Assembly (NCBI GenBank): GCA_024408505.1
Contig: JAKSUZ010000003.1
Coordinates: forward strand, 14,668-78,667
DNA: 64,000 nt
Direction of reading: 5' to 3'
Source of the DNA: Bacilli bacterium
GTDB lineage: Bacteria > Bacillota_I > Bacilli_A > RFN20 > CAG-826
In this document: piece by piece, positions 16,613 through 29,434 of the stretch
Numbering within the stretch: the stretch's first letter is position 1
Layout of the letters: the number at the start of each line of letters is the position of its first letter
Program-made: the position numbers and the translations under genes
The notes under the pieces: model-generated
What the model was told of the DNA's origin: nothing
What the model saw: only the letters and a program-made list of their open reading frames with translations
Databases searched by the model: none

Positions 16613-17622
16613 TGGCAACAATTTTAGCAATTGAAAGTAGCTGTGATGAAACAAGTGTCGCTATTATTAGAAACGGCAAGCTTTTAAGTAACGCGGTAGC
16701 AACCCAAATTGCGATGCACCGTAAATACGGTGGAGTTATGCCAGAAATTGCCTCACGTCTACATAATGAAAATATAGTGATTGTTTTAAGTGAAGCGCTC
16801 AAAGAAGCAAAAATTAAATTAGATGATGTTGATGCAATTGCCGTCACTCGTGGTCCTGGTCTAATTGGTGCGCTTCATGTTGGATTACAAGCTGCTAAAA
16901 CTTTATCTTTAATTTATAACATCCCTTTAATTCCAGTTCATCATTTAGCGGGACATATATACGCAGGCGAATTTGTTAGTAAGTTTAAATATCCACTTTT
17001 ATCTCTTGTTGTAAGTGGTGGTAATACTGAACTGGTTTATATGAAAAAACATTTAGACTTTGAAATTATTGGTGAAACTAAAGATGATGCCATTGGTGAA
17101 TGCTTTGATAAAGTTGCTCGTACTTTAGGCTTACCTTATCCTGGAGGATTACCAATTGATAAACATGCGAAGTTAGGTAAACATACTTATAAACTCCCAA
17201 CTCCATTACAAGGTAAAGGATATGATTTCTCTTATTCAGGTTTAAAAACTTCAGTCATTAATTTAGTTAATCAAGAAAAGATGAAACACCATAAGATTAA
17301 CATTAACGATATGTGTCGTTCATTTGAAGATACAGCCGTAGATATGGTAGTAGAGAAAACCATTAAGGCTGCTAAGGCTTATAACGTTAAACAAATCGTG
17401 TTAGCGGGAGGCGTATCGGCCAACTCTTATTTACGTAGTGAAGTAATTCGTAAACTTAAAAATAGTGGTATTGATTTAGTGTTACCCCCTATTTGGTGTA
17501 CTACAGATAATGCTGCAATGATTGCCAAAATTGGTGAGCATTTATATAAAGAAAAATTATTCGCTAAATTAGATTTAGGTGTTGATCCTAATTGGAAAAT
17601 TGATAAATATAGAGTATTTTAA
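16612..17622 (+). CDS. tsaD: tRNA N6-adenosine threonylcarbamoyltransferase TsaD
   Basis: ILAIESSCDETS, VHHLAGH and GGVSAN motifs. Confidence 0.95.
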   Translation: MATILAIESSCDETSVAIIRNGKLLSNAVATQIAMHRKYGGVMPEIASRLHNENIVIVLSEALKEAKIKLDDVDAIAVTRGPGLIGALHVGLQAAKTLSLIYNIPLIPVHHLAGHIYAGEFVSKFKYPLLSLVVSGGNTELVYMKKHLDFEIIGETKDDAIGECFDKVARTLGLPYPGGLPIDKHAKLGKHTYKLPTPLQGKGYDFSYSGLKTSVINLVNQEKMKHHKININDMCRSFEDTAVDMVVEKTIKAAKAYNVKQIVLAGGVSANSYLRSEVIRKLKNSGIDLVLPPIWCTTDNAAMIAKIGEHLYKEKLFAKLDLGVDPNWKIDKYRVF

Positions 17623-17626
17623 TTAT

Positions 17627-18745
17627 ATGAAAAAGATATTACATATCTCGAATTACTATCACCCTCATGTGGGCGGAATTGAAACAGCTGCACAAAACAT
17701 TGTGAATACTTTAAAACTCGCTAATAACTATGAACAAAAAGTTATTTGTTTTGGAGACGGGCCTAATATCGTAGATGATATTCCAGTTATTCGCCTACCT
17801 TATAGAATAAAGATTGCTTCTCAAGCTATTTCTTTTAAATATCGTAGCGTGCTTAAAAAAACCCTTAAAGAATTTAATCCCGATATTGTTATCATTCATA
17901 CACCTAATCCATTAGTAGAGCATTATTTCAATAGTTGTCACTATACCGGTAAAATTATTGTTTATCACCATTTAGATATTTATCGTCAAAAGATTTTAAA
18001 ATATTTTGTTCGCCCGATTACTCATAACACTAATACTCGAGCGGATGTCATTATTTCTTCAAGCGAGAAATATATTGATAGTAGTAATGAATTAAAAAGA
18101 CATAAAGAAAAATGTCGAGTTATTCCACTTTGCTATAAGGAAGAAGATTTAGCGTTAACCGAAGATGAAGAAATAGAAGTCAACCGCATTAAAGAAAAAT
18201 ATAAAGGTAAAACCATTCTTTTCTATTCCGGTCGTCATGCACGTTTTAAAGGCATTCGTTATGCTTTATGGGCCACTCGTCAATTTGATGATGTTGTATT
18301 TTTAATTGGTCGAGTTGGACCGCGCCATCGAATGATGGAAAGACAAATTTCATATTTTAAAAACGCTGAATCATTAGGACTACTTGATCGCTCGCAATAT
18401 CGTATTTATTTACACGCAGCGGATATCTTTATCTTCCCAAGCGTTACAAAGAATGAATCGTTTGGAGTAACGTTATTAGAAGCAATTGCACTAGGCAAAC
18501 CTTGTATTACCTTTAATATTCCAGGAAGCGGAGTGAGTTATGTTTCTCCTAATAACATTACGGGTATTGAATGTGATAATCGAAGCGTAATTGAACTTAG
18601 AAAGGCAATTGAAAAATTAAAGAATGATCCAGAACTTCGCAAAACCTATGGTGAAAACGGCAAGGCGCGCGCGAAAGAACTATTTTCTTATAAACAATTT
18701 GCTGACTCCTTTTACTCTTTAATTAACGAAATCTTAAATAAATAG
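17627..18745 (+). CDS. Glycosyltransferase, GT4 (GT-B fold)
   Basis: N-terminal HISNYYHPHVGGIE and C-terminal NESFGVTLLEAIALGKP (E-x7-E type). Start at ATG 17627. Confidence 0.8.
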   Translation: MKKILHISNYYHPHVGGIETAAQNIVNTLKLANNYEQKVICFGDGPNIVDDIPVIRLPYRIKIASQAISFKYRSVLKKTLKEFNPDIVIIHTPNPLVEHYFNSCHYTGKIIVYHHLDIYRQKILKYFVRPITHNTNTRADVIISSSEKYIDSSNELKRHKEKCRVIPLCYKEEDLALTEDEEIEVNRIKEKYKGKTILFYSGRHARFKGIRYALWATRQFDDVVFLIGRVGPRHRMMERQISYFKNAESLGLLDRSQYRIYLHAADIFIFPSVTKNESFGVTLLEAIALGKPCITFNIPGSGVSYVSPNNITGIECDNRSVIELRKAIEKLKNDPELRKTYGENGKARAKELFSYKQFADSFYSLINEILNK

Positions 18746-18759
18746 TATAATTTTTGCGT

Positions 18760-20139
18760 ATGGATAAATTTCTAGCTCGCGAATTATTCGCAATTGTTTA
18801 TGACAAAAAGAATAGTGGTTTTAATAATATCGAAGTATATCTTGAAGGTTGGATTAAAACTAACCGCAACAATGGTTCAATTGGTTTTATCGAATTTAAC
18901 GATGGTACCACTTTTAAAAACATTCAGATTGTCTACGACAAAACAAAAGTTAAAGACTTTGATAAATTAAGTAAACTTGCAACGGGAGAAGCGATTTCCG
19001 TTATTGGTAATTTTGTGTTAACTCCAAACGCTAAGCAACCTTTTGAAATTGCCGCTAAAGAAATTAAATCCATCGGTACTTGTCCGGAAGATTATCCCTT
19101 ACAAAAGAAAAGACATAGTTTTGAATTCTTAAGAGATATCGCCCATATCCGTCCTAGAGCCAATACCTTTAACGCGGTTAATCGCGTGCGTAATGCATTA
19201 GCGATGGCAATCCACACTTATTTCCAAGATAACGGATTTATGTGGGTGCACACTCCTATTATTACAAGTAACGACGCCGAAGGCGCTGGAGAGACCTTTA
19301 ATGTAACTGTGGGTAAGGATGCTTCTAAATTCTTTGGTAAACCGGTTTGTTTGACTGTTTCAGGCCAATTACACGTTGAGACCTTCGCAATGGCATTTAG
19401 AAATGTTTACACCTTTGGTCCAACCTTTAGAGCAGAAGAATCACACACTACCACACATGCTTCTGAATTCTGGATGGTAGAACCAGAAATCGCCTTTGCG
19501 GATTTAAATGATGATATGAAGGTTATTGAAGCATCTCTTAAGTTCTGCATTGATTATGTAATTAAACATTGCCCTGATGAAATGAATTTCTTTAATACTA
19601 TGATTGATAAGACTTTACTTACTAGACTCAACCATGTTTTAAATAGTGAATTTAAACGTTTAGACTATACCGATGCAATTAAACTTCTTGAGAAAGCAGT
19701 CGCAGATGGTTATAAATTTGAAAACAAAAATATTAAATGGGGCATGGATTTACAAACTGAACACGAACGTTATATTACTGAACACGTAGTAAAAGGTCCA
19801 GTCTTTATTATTAATTATCCAAAAGACATTAAAGCGTTCTATATGCGTTTAAATGATGATGGTAAAACCGTTGCCGCATGTGATTTACTTGTTCCTCAAA
19901 TTGGTGAACTTGTTGGGGGATCTCAACGTGAAGAACGTTATGACATTTTAAAAGAGAAGATGGATAAGCTTGGTAACACTAAGGGACTTGAGTGGTATCT
20001 TGATTTAAGAAAATATGGCGGTTGTCCACACGCCGGTTTTGGCATTGGCTTTGACCGTTTATTAATGTATGTTACAGGGATGGCAAACATTCGTGATATG
20101 CAGCCCTTCCCACGCACACCAGGAAGTATTAAATATTAA
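18760..20139 (+). CDS. asnS: Asparagine--tRNA ligase
   Basis: Class IIb aaRS: OB-fold N-terminus, [29 protein letters not shown] and [15 protein letters not shown] at 18746-18751 lies 8 nt before ATG 18760. Confidence 0.9.
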   Translation: MDKFLARELFAIVYDKKNSGFNNIEVYLEGWIKTNRNNGSIGFIEFNDGTTFKNIQIVYDKTKVKDFDKLSKLATGEAISVIGNFVLTPNAKQPFEIAAKEIKSIGTCPEDYPLQKKRHSFEFLRDIAHIRPRANTFNAVNRVRNALAMAIHTYFQDNGFMWVHTPIITSNDAEGAGETFNVTVGKDASKFFGKPVCLTVSGQLHVETFAMAFRNVYTFGPTFRAEESHTTTHASEFWMVEPEIAFADLNDDMKVIEASLKFCIDYVIKHCPDEMNFFNTMIDKTLLTRLNHVLNSEFKRLDYTDAIKLLEKAVADGYKFENKNIKWGMDLQTEHERYITEHVVKGPVFIINYPKDIKAFYMRLNDDGKTVAACDLLVPQIGELVGGSQREERYDILKEKMDKLGNTKGLEWYLDLRKYGGCPHAGFGIGFDRLLMYVTGMANIRDMQPFPRTPGSIKY

Positions 20140-20141
20140 AT

Positions 20142-20303
20142 ATGAAAGACGAAGAGTTTCTTAACTTATCTCCTGAAGATCAACAAGCGCTGATAAAAAA
20201 GCGCTCTCGTCGACGCCTTTTTACTATTTTCTTCTTTCTTGATATTGGTTTAATTGCCTATATCGTTTATTCACTCATTATGCTCTTTACCCATTTAGGT
20301 TAG
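20142..20303 (+). CDS. Possible 53-aa single-TM protein (below the ORF-track cut-off)
   Basis: ATG 2 nt after the asnS stop gives MKDEEFLNLSPEDQQALIKKRSRRRLFTIFFFLDIGLIAYIVYSLIMLFTHLG. No independent support. Confidence 0.35.
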   Translation: MKDEEFLNLSPEDQQALIKKRSRRRLFTIFFFLDIGLIAYIVYSLIMLFTHLG

Positions 20304-20988
20304 GCGGGTTAGGGTTATTCATATTATTGTTATTACCATTATTATTCATATTGCTATTTAATGGTGACATTGGTCCAACATCATCTAAGGTTGGATTAAA
20401 GACTGTTTTCGCTAACTTTCTTAATCTAAAGGTTCTGGCAATATGAGCTTGAACCACCACTAAATACCAAATCCCACCAACAAACATACATGGGACAATG
20501 ATGTAACTAGCCCAGGCTGCGCTTTCCCAATGTGGAGTATTAAGTAGAGGCGGCCATTTACCAATGATTCGCATGCCAAAGAACTCGATATAAATATCTG
20601 GATTAGCGAAATCCCATAAAAAGAGAATGGTGCCAAATCCTTCTTTTTGATAATCAAATATTTTTAATAACCAATTACGAGTGACCGCACCATAGATAAT
20701 ATAAATAAGGAAAGCGAGCGAAAGAATTCCCATTGGGATTAAAGATTGTTTTACAAACAAGCGGTTATTCTTCTTCTTTCCAAATTTTCTAAAAGCTTTT
20801 TCGTTAGTAATTACTTTCGCGGCTACTACATCGTGCATCATCTTTCCTGCCTTCTTAGCCTGATGCTTCATAATTCTTTCAACTAGTAATCCGATATAAC
20901 CAACAATTACAAAAAGCAGAATTAACAATATTCCTAAGGAAATTAATATTCGTTTATCGTTTTCGCTTAACGCAATTAAGAAATTCAT
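20287..20988 (-). CDS. Hypothetical membrane protein with an Asn/Pro-rich C-terminal tail (third gene of the operon)
   Basis: About 4 TM segments. Tail is NSNMNNNGNNNNMNNPNPPNLNG. Its start overlaps the upstream stop (ATGA). Confidence 0.65.
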   Translation of the reverse strand: MNFLIALSENDKRILISLGILLILLFVIVGYIGLLVERIMKHQAKKAGKMMHDVVAAKVITNEKAFRKFGKKKNNRLFVKQSLIPMGILSLAFLIYIIYGAVTRNWLLKIFDYQKEGFGTILFLWDFANPDIYIEFFGMRIIGKWPPLLNTPHWESAAWASYIIVPCMFVGGIWYLVVVQAHIARTFRLRKLAKTVFNPTLDDVGPMSPLNSNMNNNGNNNNMNNPNPPNLNG

Positions 20989-21302
20989 AATGAAGAATTG
21001 CCTCCATTATTATTTTGATTATTATCAGTTGGTGGAACTTGTGTTTGTGGTTGCGGTTGTGGCTCTACATTAGCGTTATCATTCGCGTATGGTTCAAGAC
21101 TAAGAATTCTTTTAGCTTCTACATCTTCTTGAAAATCAGGGAAGAACTTTTTGCCCTTAAAAAACGAGATAAATCCTTTAGCGATTTCCATAAAGAAGAT
21201 TCCTAAATTAAAAATTGCCCATAGAACTAAAAAGGCAATAATAAAGGGAGAAATTAAGACGTAAAGGATACCTAAGCCAAACCGTTTTAAGAAGTCTAAC
21301 AT
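20985..21302 (-). CDS. Hypothetical small membrane protein with a Gln/Pro/Asn-rich tail (second gene)
   Basis: TM hairpin, tail EPQPQPQTQVPPTDNNQNNNGGNSSL, overlapping start/stop codons with both neighbours. Confidence 0.6.
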   Translation of the reverse strand: MLDFLKRFGLGILYVLISPFIIAFLVLWAIFNLGIFFMEIAKGFISFFKGKKFFPDFQEDVEAKRILSLEPYANDNANVEPQPQPQTQVPPTDNNQNNNGGNSSL

Positions 21303-22183
21303 ACTTTCTTCTCTCTTCTTAAATTATATAATAAGGAAAAAGTAAGCAATAGAATATTACTCGTGTTTATTAGTAAAAAAGCATAAGGCATTTTAATTAA
21401 ACTATAGAACGCGAAGACAAAGACAAAACCTAAAGAAAATAAGATTGAAGAAATAATAATGACTACTTTATTTTTTGTAAAGATAAGATCAATAAATACG
21501 CTAACGGTTAAGAATAATGATACAAACATAAATAGATAACTTAGATTCACATAGAAGAATGCAAACGGGATTACAAAAATTGCTAATCCTAATCCGGTCA
21601 ATTTAATGACTAAACCATTTTTTAAGGTTTCTTCATTCATAAATTTTTTGATTTCGTTATGAAGCACAATATAAGAAAGTAACATCTGCGCTAAGCTAAG
21701 TAAGTAAATAAACGATGGGACAATGATCAATGCATTTGGATTATCCTTTAATTGAAGTAAGGTTAAGAATGCATCAATTAAATTCGTACCATAAATTGCT
21801 TCAATGATTGGAATCGCTAAATAAGTTAATCCTAATTGAACTAGTGAAGTAAATAATAATGAATAAGTTGCATTAAGTTTTAATTTAAAACATAAGCCAA
21901 ACAAGAAGCCAGCGATAACACTAGGGATTAAATAAAAAATTGTAAATTCAGTGTGCCAAAATGTTGCGCACAAAGAAACTATAATGGTAGCGAATGCATA
22001 AATTGGATAATATCTCCATTTGCATATCATCGCGGTAATCGCACTAAAAAACGGAAGAAAGATCATCACAAAAATTCCAGCAATAGGAACATAAGCGCCT
22101 AAAGCGGATAATAAAACATTAAGCGCAGCCATGATGCCCATGAATGCCATGTTCTGTAATAATGTTTCTTTTTCCTTAAACAT
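21296..22183 (-). CDS. Hypothetical polytopic membrane protein (first gene, about 8 TM)
   Basis: 295 aa, very hydrophobic. TATAAT on the minus strand at 22197-22192 lies 8 nt from ATG 22183. Confidence 0.65.
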   Translation of the reverse strand: MFKEKETLLQNMAFMGIMAALNVLLSALGAYVPIAGIFVMIFLPFFSAITAMICKWRYYPIYAFATIIVSLCATFWHTEFTIFYLIPSVIAGFLFGLCFKLKLNATYSLLFTSLVQLGLTYLAIPIIEAIYGTNLIDAFLTLLQLKDNPNALIIVPSFIYLLSLAQMLLSYIVLHNEIKKFMNEETLKNGLVIKLTGLGLAIFVIPFAFFYVNLSYLFMFVSLFLTVSVFIDLIFTKNKVVIIISSILFSLGFVFVFAFYSLIKMPYAFLLINTSNILLLTFSLLYNLRREKKVC

Positions 22184-22210
22184 CTATATTTATTATAGTT
22201 TAACTATTTA

Positions 22211-22286
22211 TAAATTCTATATTTACTCTGTAAATATAAAAAAATAAGTGAGGAAATTAGCCTCTTTTTGTTAAGTAACTAATAAG
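22211..22286 (+). repeat. Copy B of the conserved upstream module (perfect palindrome TATATTTAC-TCT-GTAAATATA at 22218-22238)
   Basis: 75/76 identical to 22590-22665 by direct comparison. Confidence 0.9.
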
Positions 22287-22322
22287 CCTGCTACGGTTAT
22301 TTTTTAAATGGAGGCAAAGATT

Positions 22323-22592
22323 ATGAAAAGAGACTTAAAAAGTATGGTGGAATTAAAAGAATTTCTAAAAAATCCCTCACCGAATTTAAAAGTTCCGGTG
22401 TATACTGAAAACGAAGATGGAGCTAAACCAGTGAAAAATACAAAAGATAGAGTCACATTGAAGCAAGTCGTTGATATGATCCAAAAAATGGATGATAAAA
22501 TGGATGCTGGTTTTAAACAAGTAAATGCCCGTCTTGATTACATCGTAGGCGTAAATAATCTAAAAGATCTTCCAAAAACAAAAATTAAGTAA
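22323..22592 (+). CDS. Small hypothetical protein, paralog of 4926..5258 (GFKQVNARLDYIVGVNNLKDLPK)
   Basis: GGAGG lies 8 nt before ATG 22323 (the ORF-track start at 22308 is less likely). Shares N- and C-terminal motifs with the 4926 ORF. Confidence 0.75.
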   Translation: MKRDLKSMVELKEFLKNPSPNLKVPVYTENEDGAKPVKNTKDRVTLKQVVDMIQKMDDKMDAGFKQVNARLDYIVGVNNLKDLPKTKIK

Positions 22593-22665
22593 ATTCTATA
22601 TTTACTTTGTAAATATAAAAAAATAAGTGAGGAAATTAGCCTCTTTTTGTTAAGTAACTAATAAG
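22590..22665 (+). repeat. Copy C of the conserved upstream module (palindrome TATATTTAC-TTT-GTAAATATA at 22597-22617)
   Basis: Direct repeat of 22211-22286, offset by 379 bp. Starts at the stop codon of the 22323 ORF. Confidence 0.9.
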
Positions 22666-22745
22666 GAGGATATTGTGCATATGCACTTTATCTTTCCTAG
22701 GCGCCTACCCTTTATCTCCTTGGTGCTGCAACAAAGGAGGAGAGC

Positions 22746-22811
22746 GTGCTCGATACCATTTTGCTGATGGTAGTATTGACGTTACTGATTGAGTTAATCT
22801 CGCGAAGGTAA
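22746..22811 (+). CDS. Candidate 21-codon hydrophobic peptide (M)LDTILLMVVLTLLIELISRR, possibly an Fst-like type I toxin
   Basis: GTG lies 5 nt after AAAGGAGG. That SD can pair with CTCCTT at 22716-22721. The hydrophobic core and ELISRR tail resemble Fst (...LVLEMISRV...), recalled from memory. Confidence 0.3.
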   Translation: MLDTILLMVVLTLLIELISRR

Positions 22812-22897
22812 TGAAAAAAGGGCGGTCATCCCGTCCTCAACATTAAGCGAAATAATGATAGCACCTCGTAGGAGTCTTGTAAAGGGGCGAGTGCCGA

Positions 22898-22918
22898 CCC
22901 GGATCCTTTGGGTCCGGG
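22898..22918 (+). other. Strong G+C-rich hairpin just upstream of the SD of the 22939 gene
   Basis: 9-bp stem CCCGGATCC / GGGTCCGGG (one G-U pair) with a TTT loop. No downstream U tract. Confidence 0.6.
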
Positions 22919-22938
22919 GTTAAATAAGGAGGTAAATT

Positions 22939-23376
22939 ATGAAAGGAAAAATTTTGCTTTTAGCGATTCCGCTCCTTTTCTCTTGTTCTAATAACGAAGA
23001 ACATGAAAAGGACCCAGTCATTCCTCATCATAGCTATGAAGAAGTATCTGACAAAATGGTTAATTGGTTAGACGTTTTTACGCACGATGAAGATTATTGT
23101 GTGTATTTCTTTTCGCGAACATGCCAATATTGTGATTCAATTCGTGATGAAGTAATTGAGATTGCTCTTACACATCTAACACCAATCTATTTTTGTAATG
23201 ATAACACAATTGTGACTGATCGTTATTTAGATGTAGAAAGTACAATTGGGCAAGGCGATATTAGCGAATTTCGTATTAAAGGTTTTCCCTCAATAATTGA
23301 AGTCGATAATCACCTAGTCAAGACCCATTGTCCAGGAAAAAGTGCAACCCTTAATTTCATACGTTCCATCGCTTAA
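22939..23376 (+). CDS. Thioredoxin-fold lipoprotein (extracytoplasmic thiol-disulfide oxidoreductase-like)
   Basis: Lipobox LLFSC, CxxC motif CQYC, and GFPS near the C-terminus (cis-Pro loop). Confidence 0.7.
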   Translation: MKGKILLLAIPLLFSCSNNEEHEKDPVIPHHSYEEVSDKMVNWLDVFTHDEDYCVYFFSRTCQYCDSIRDEVIEIALTHLTPIYFCNDNTIVTDRYLDVESTIGQGDISEFRIKGFPSIIEVDNHLVKTHCPGKSATLNFIRSIA

Positions 23377-23408
23377 TTTAAGTAACTATTATGTTATAAT
23401 ATTACTTA

Positions 23409-27634
<4,226 letters not shown>

Positions 27635-27688
27635 TTACTGAAAATTTTAGAAATTATTAAATATTTAGTTATAATATTTAATTGAGCG

Positions 27689-27985
27689 ATGAAAACCGTT
27701 GATTTAAAAAGACTCCAAATTGCGGCAAACCGCCTTTGCTTTGATATGTCAGAAGAAGAATATCAAACTCTTTTAAATGAGTTCAAAACGGTTGTAAAAC
27801 AAATGGAATTAATCGCTGAAGATAAAACCATTGATCAATATGAACCGATGGTTTACCCATTTCCTTGTGATGTAACTATTTTACGAGAAGATGAACCAAT
27901 TAAACCATCTAGTCGTGATGAAATTTTAAAGAACGCAAAAAATAAATTAGCGGGTCAAATTAAAGTGAAGAAGGTAAACGGATGA
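27689..27985 (+). CDS. gatC: Asp/Glu-tRNA amidotransferase subunit C
   Basis: 98 aa, ATGA overlap with gatA, gatCAB order. Confidence 0.85.
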   Translation: MKTVDLKRLQIAANRLCFDMSEEEYQTLLNEFKTVVKQMELIAEDKTIDQYEPMVYPFPCDVTILREDEPIKPSSRDEILKNAKNKLAGQIKVKKVNG

Positions 27986-29433
27986 ATTATTTAGATTTGA
28001 CCATTAAAGAGATTCACGAAGCATTAGTGAACAAAAAAGTTACGCCACTAGAATTGGTGAACGAAGCTATTAAGCGCGCTAAAGAAGATAAATGCAATGC
28101 TTTCGAATACATCATGGAAAAAGAAGCTATTGAAATGGCTAAAACTTTAACTGAACCAGAAAAAGATAATTTACTTTGGGGAATTCCATTTGCGATTAAA
28201 GATAATATCTCCACTAAAGATGTTCCTACATGTGCATCAAGCGATATTCTTAAAGATTATGTCCCAATTTATAACGCAACCATTATTGATAAACTATTAG
28301 CAAAGAAAGCGATTCCGTTTGCTAAAGTCACTCTTGATGAACTAGCGATGGGTGGAACTGGTGCAACCGGGCATTTAGGTAAAACCACTAACCCATATAA
28401 CAATGAACGAATGGTTGGTGGATCTTCTTGTGGTTCGGCTGCAGTTACTGCTAGCGCAATTGTACCATTTGCATTAGGTAGCGACACCGGCGATTCAATT
28501 CGTAAACCCGCTAGTTATGCAGGATTAGTAGGATTTAAACCAACATGGGGAAGAATTTCTCGTTATGGTTTGTTTCCGTTTACGCCAAGTCTAGATTCCT
28601 TAGGTTTCTTCACTAGAAGTGTTTATGATTCTGCTACTATTTTAAATGCTGTTGCAGGTTATGACATGCATGACTTTACTTCAAGCAAAGAAAAAGTTGA
28701 TGATTATACATCGGATTTAGATAAATCAATTAAAGGTGTTAAAATCGCAGTGATTAAAGAAATTCTTGATACGATTAGTGACACTAATATTCAAAAGAAA
28801 TTTCAAGAGACTTTAAAAATCTACCAAGATTTAGGCGCTACGATTAATTATGTTAGTATGGATCGTCATTTATTAAAGACGCTTTTCCCAACTTATTACA
28901 TAATCTCATGTGCAGAAGCGACTAGTAACAATGCAAACCTTGATGGTGTGAAGTTTGGTCTTAATCTTGAAGGCGATACTTTTAACGATTCATTAATTAA
29001 AACTAGAAGCAAAGGATTCTCGGAAAGAATTAAACGTCGCTTTGTAATCGGTTCCTATTCTTTAATGGCCGAAAATCAAAATGAATTGTATTTAAGAGCC
29101 ATCAAGAACCGTCACAAGATTGTTGATGAAATTAATAAGATCTTAAAAGATAACGATGTAATTTTCTTACCGGCCTCTCCAAGCACCGCGCCAAAGTTTG
29201 ATAACAAAGTTGACCAACTTGAAGATGAATATTTAATTGCCGATAATTACATGGTAATTGCTAACTTCGCTGGCCTACCTTCATTAACTCTTCCAGTTGG
29301 ATTTATTGATAATTTACCGTTTGGTTTTAATCTAACTGCGGGAGCATTCAAAGAAAAGAAATTATTTAATATCGCAAAAGCATTAGAAGATAAATCAGGC
29401 TTCTATAATCTAAGCATAAGGACTAAGAAATAA
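27982..29433 (+). CDS. gatA: Asp/Glu-tRNA amidotransferase subunit A
   Basis: Amidase signature GGSSCGSAA...GSDTGDSIR. Confidence 0.95.
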   Translation: MNYLDLTIKEIHEALVNKKVTPLELVNEAIKRAKEDKCNAFEYIMEKEAIEMAKTLTEPEKDNLLWGIPFAIKDNISTKDVPTCASSDILKDYVPIYNATIIDKLLAKKAIPFAKVTLDELAMGGTGATGHLGKTTNPYNNERMVGGSSCGSAAVTASAIVPFALGSDTGDSIRKPASYAGLVGFKPTWGRISRYGLFPFTPSLDSLGFFTRSVYDSATILNAVAGYDMHDFTSSKEKVDDYTSDLDKSIKGVKIAVIKEILDTISDTNIQKKFQETLKIYQDLGATINYVSMDRHLLKTLFPTYYIISCAEATSNNANLDGVKFGLNLEGDTFNDSLIKTRSKGFSERIKRRFVIGSYSLMAENQNELYLRAIKNRHKIVDEINKILKDNDVIFLPASPSTAPKFDNKVDQLEDEYLIADNYMVIANFAGLPSLTLPVGFIDNLPFGFNLTAGAFKEKKLFNIAKALEDKSGFYNLSIRTKK

Positions 29434-29434
29434 T

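Noticed and set aside
22675-22767. 28-30 codon ORF (MHFIFPRRLPFISLVLQQRRRACSIPFC) as a functional protein or a remnant of a third paralog
   Set aside because: It shows no similarity to the two paralogs and has an odd composition. I treat it at most as a leader ORF whose translation could unmask the downstream SD.
22666-22938. G+C-rich island as a known ncRNA (SRP RNA, 6S RNA, tmRNA, or a preQ1/guanidine/SAM-type riboswitch for the downstream lipoprotein gene)
   Set aside because: I could not find the diagnostic motifs of these families (SRP GGAA/AGCA domain IV, tmRNA tag and acceptor, ACGR loops and so on). This rests on eye and memory only, so a covariance-model scan is still needed.
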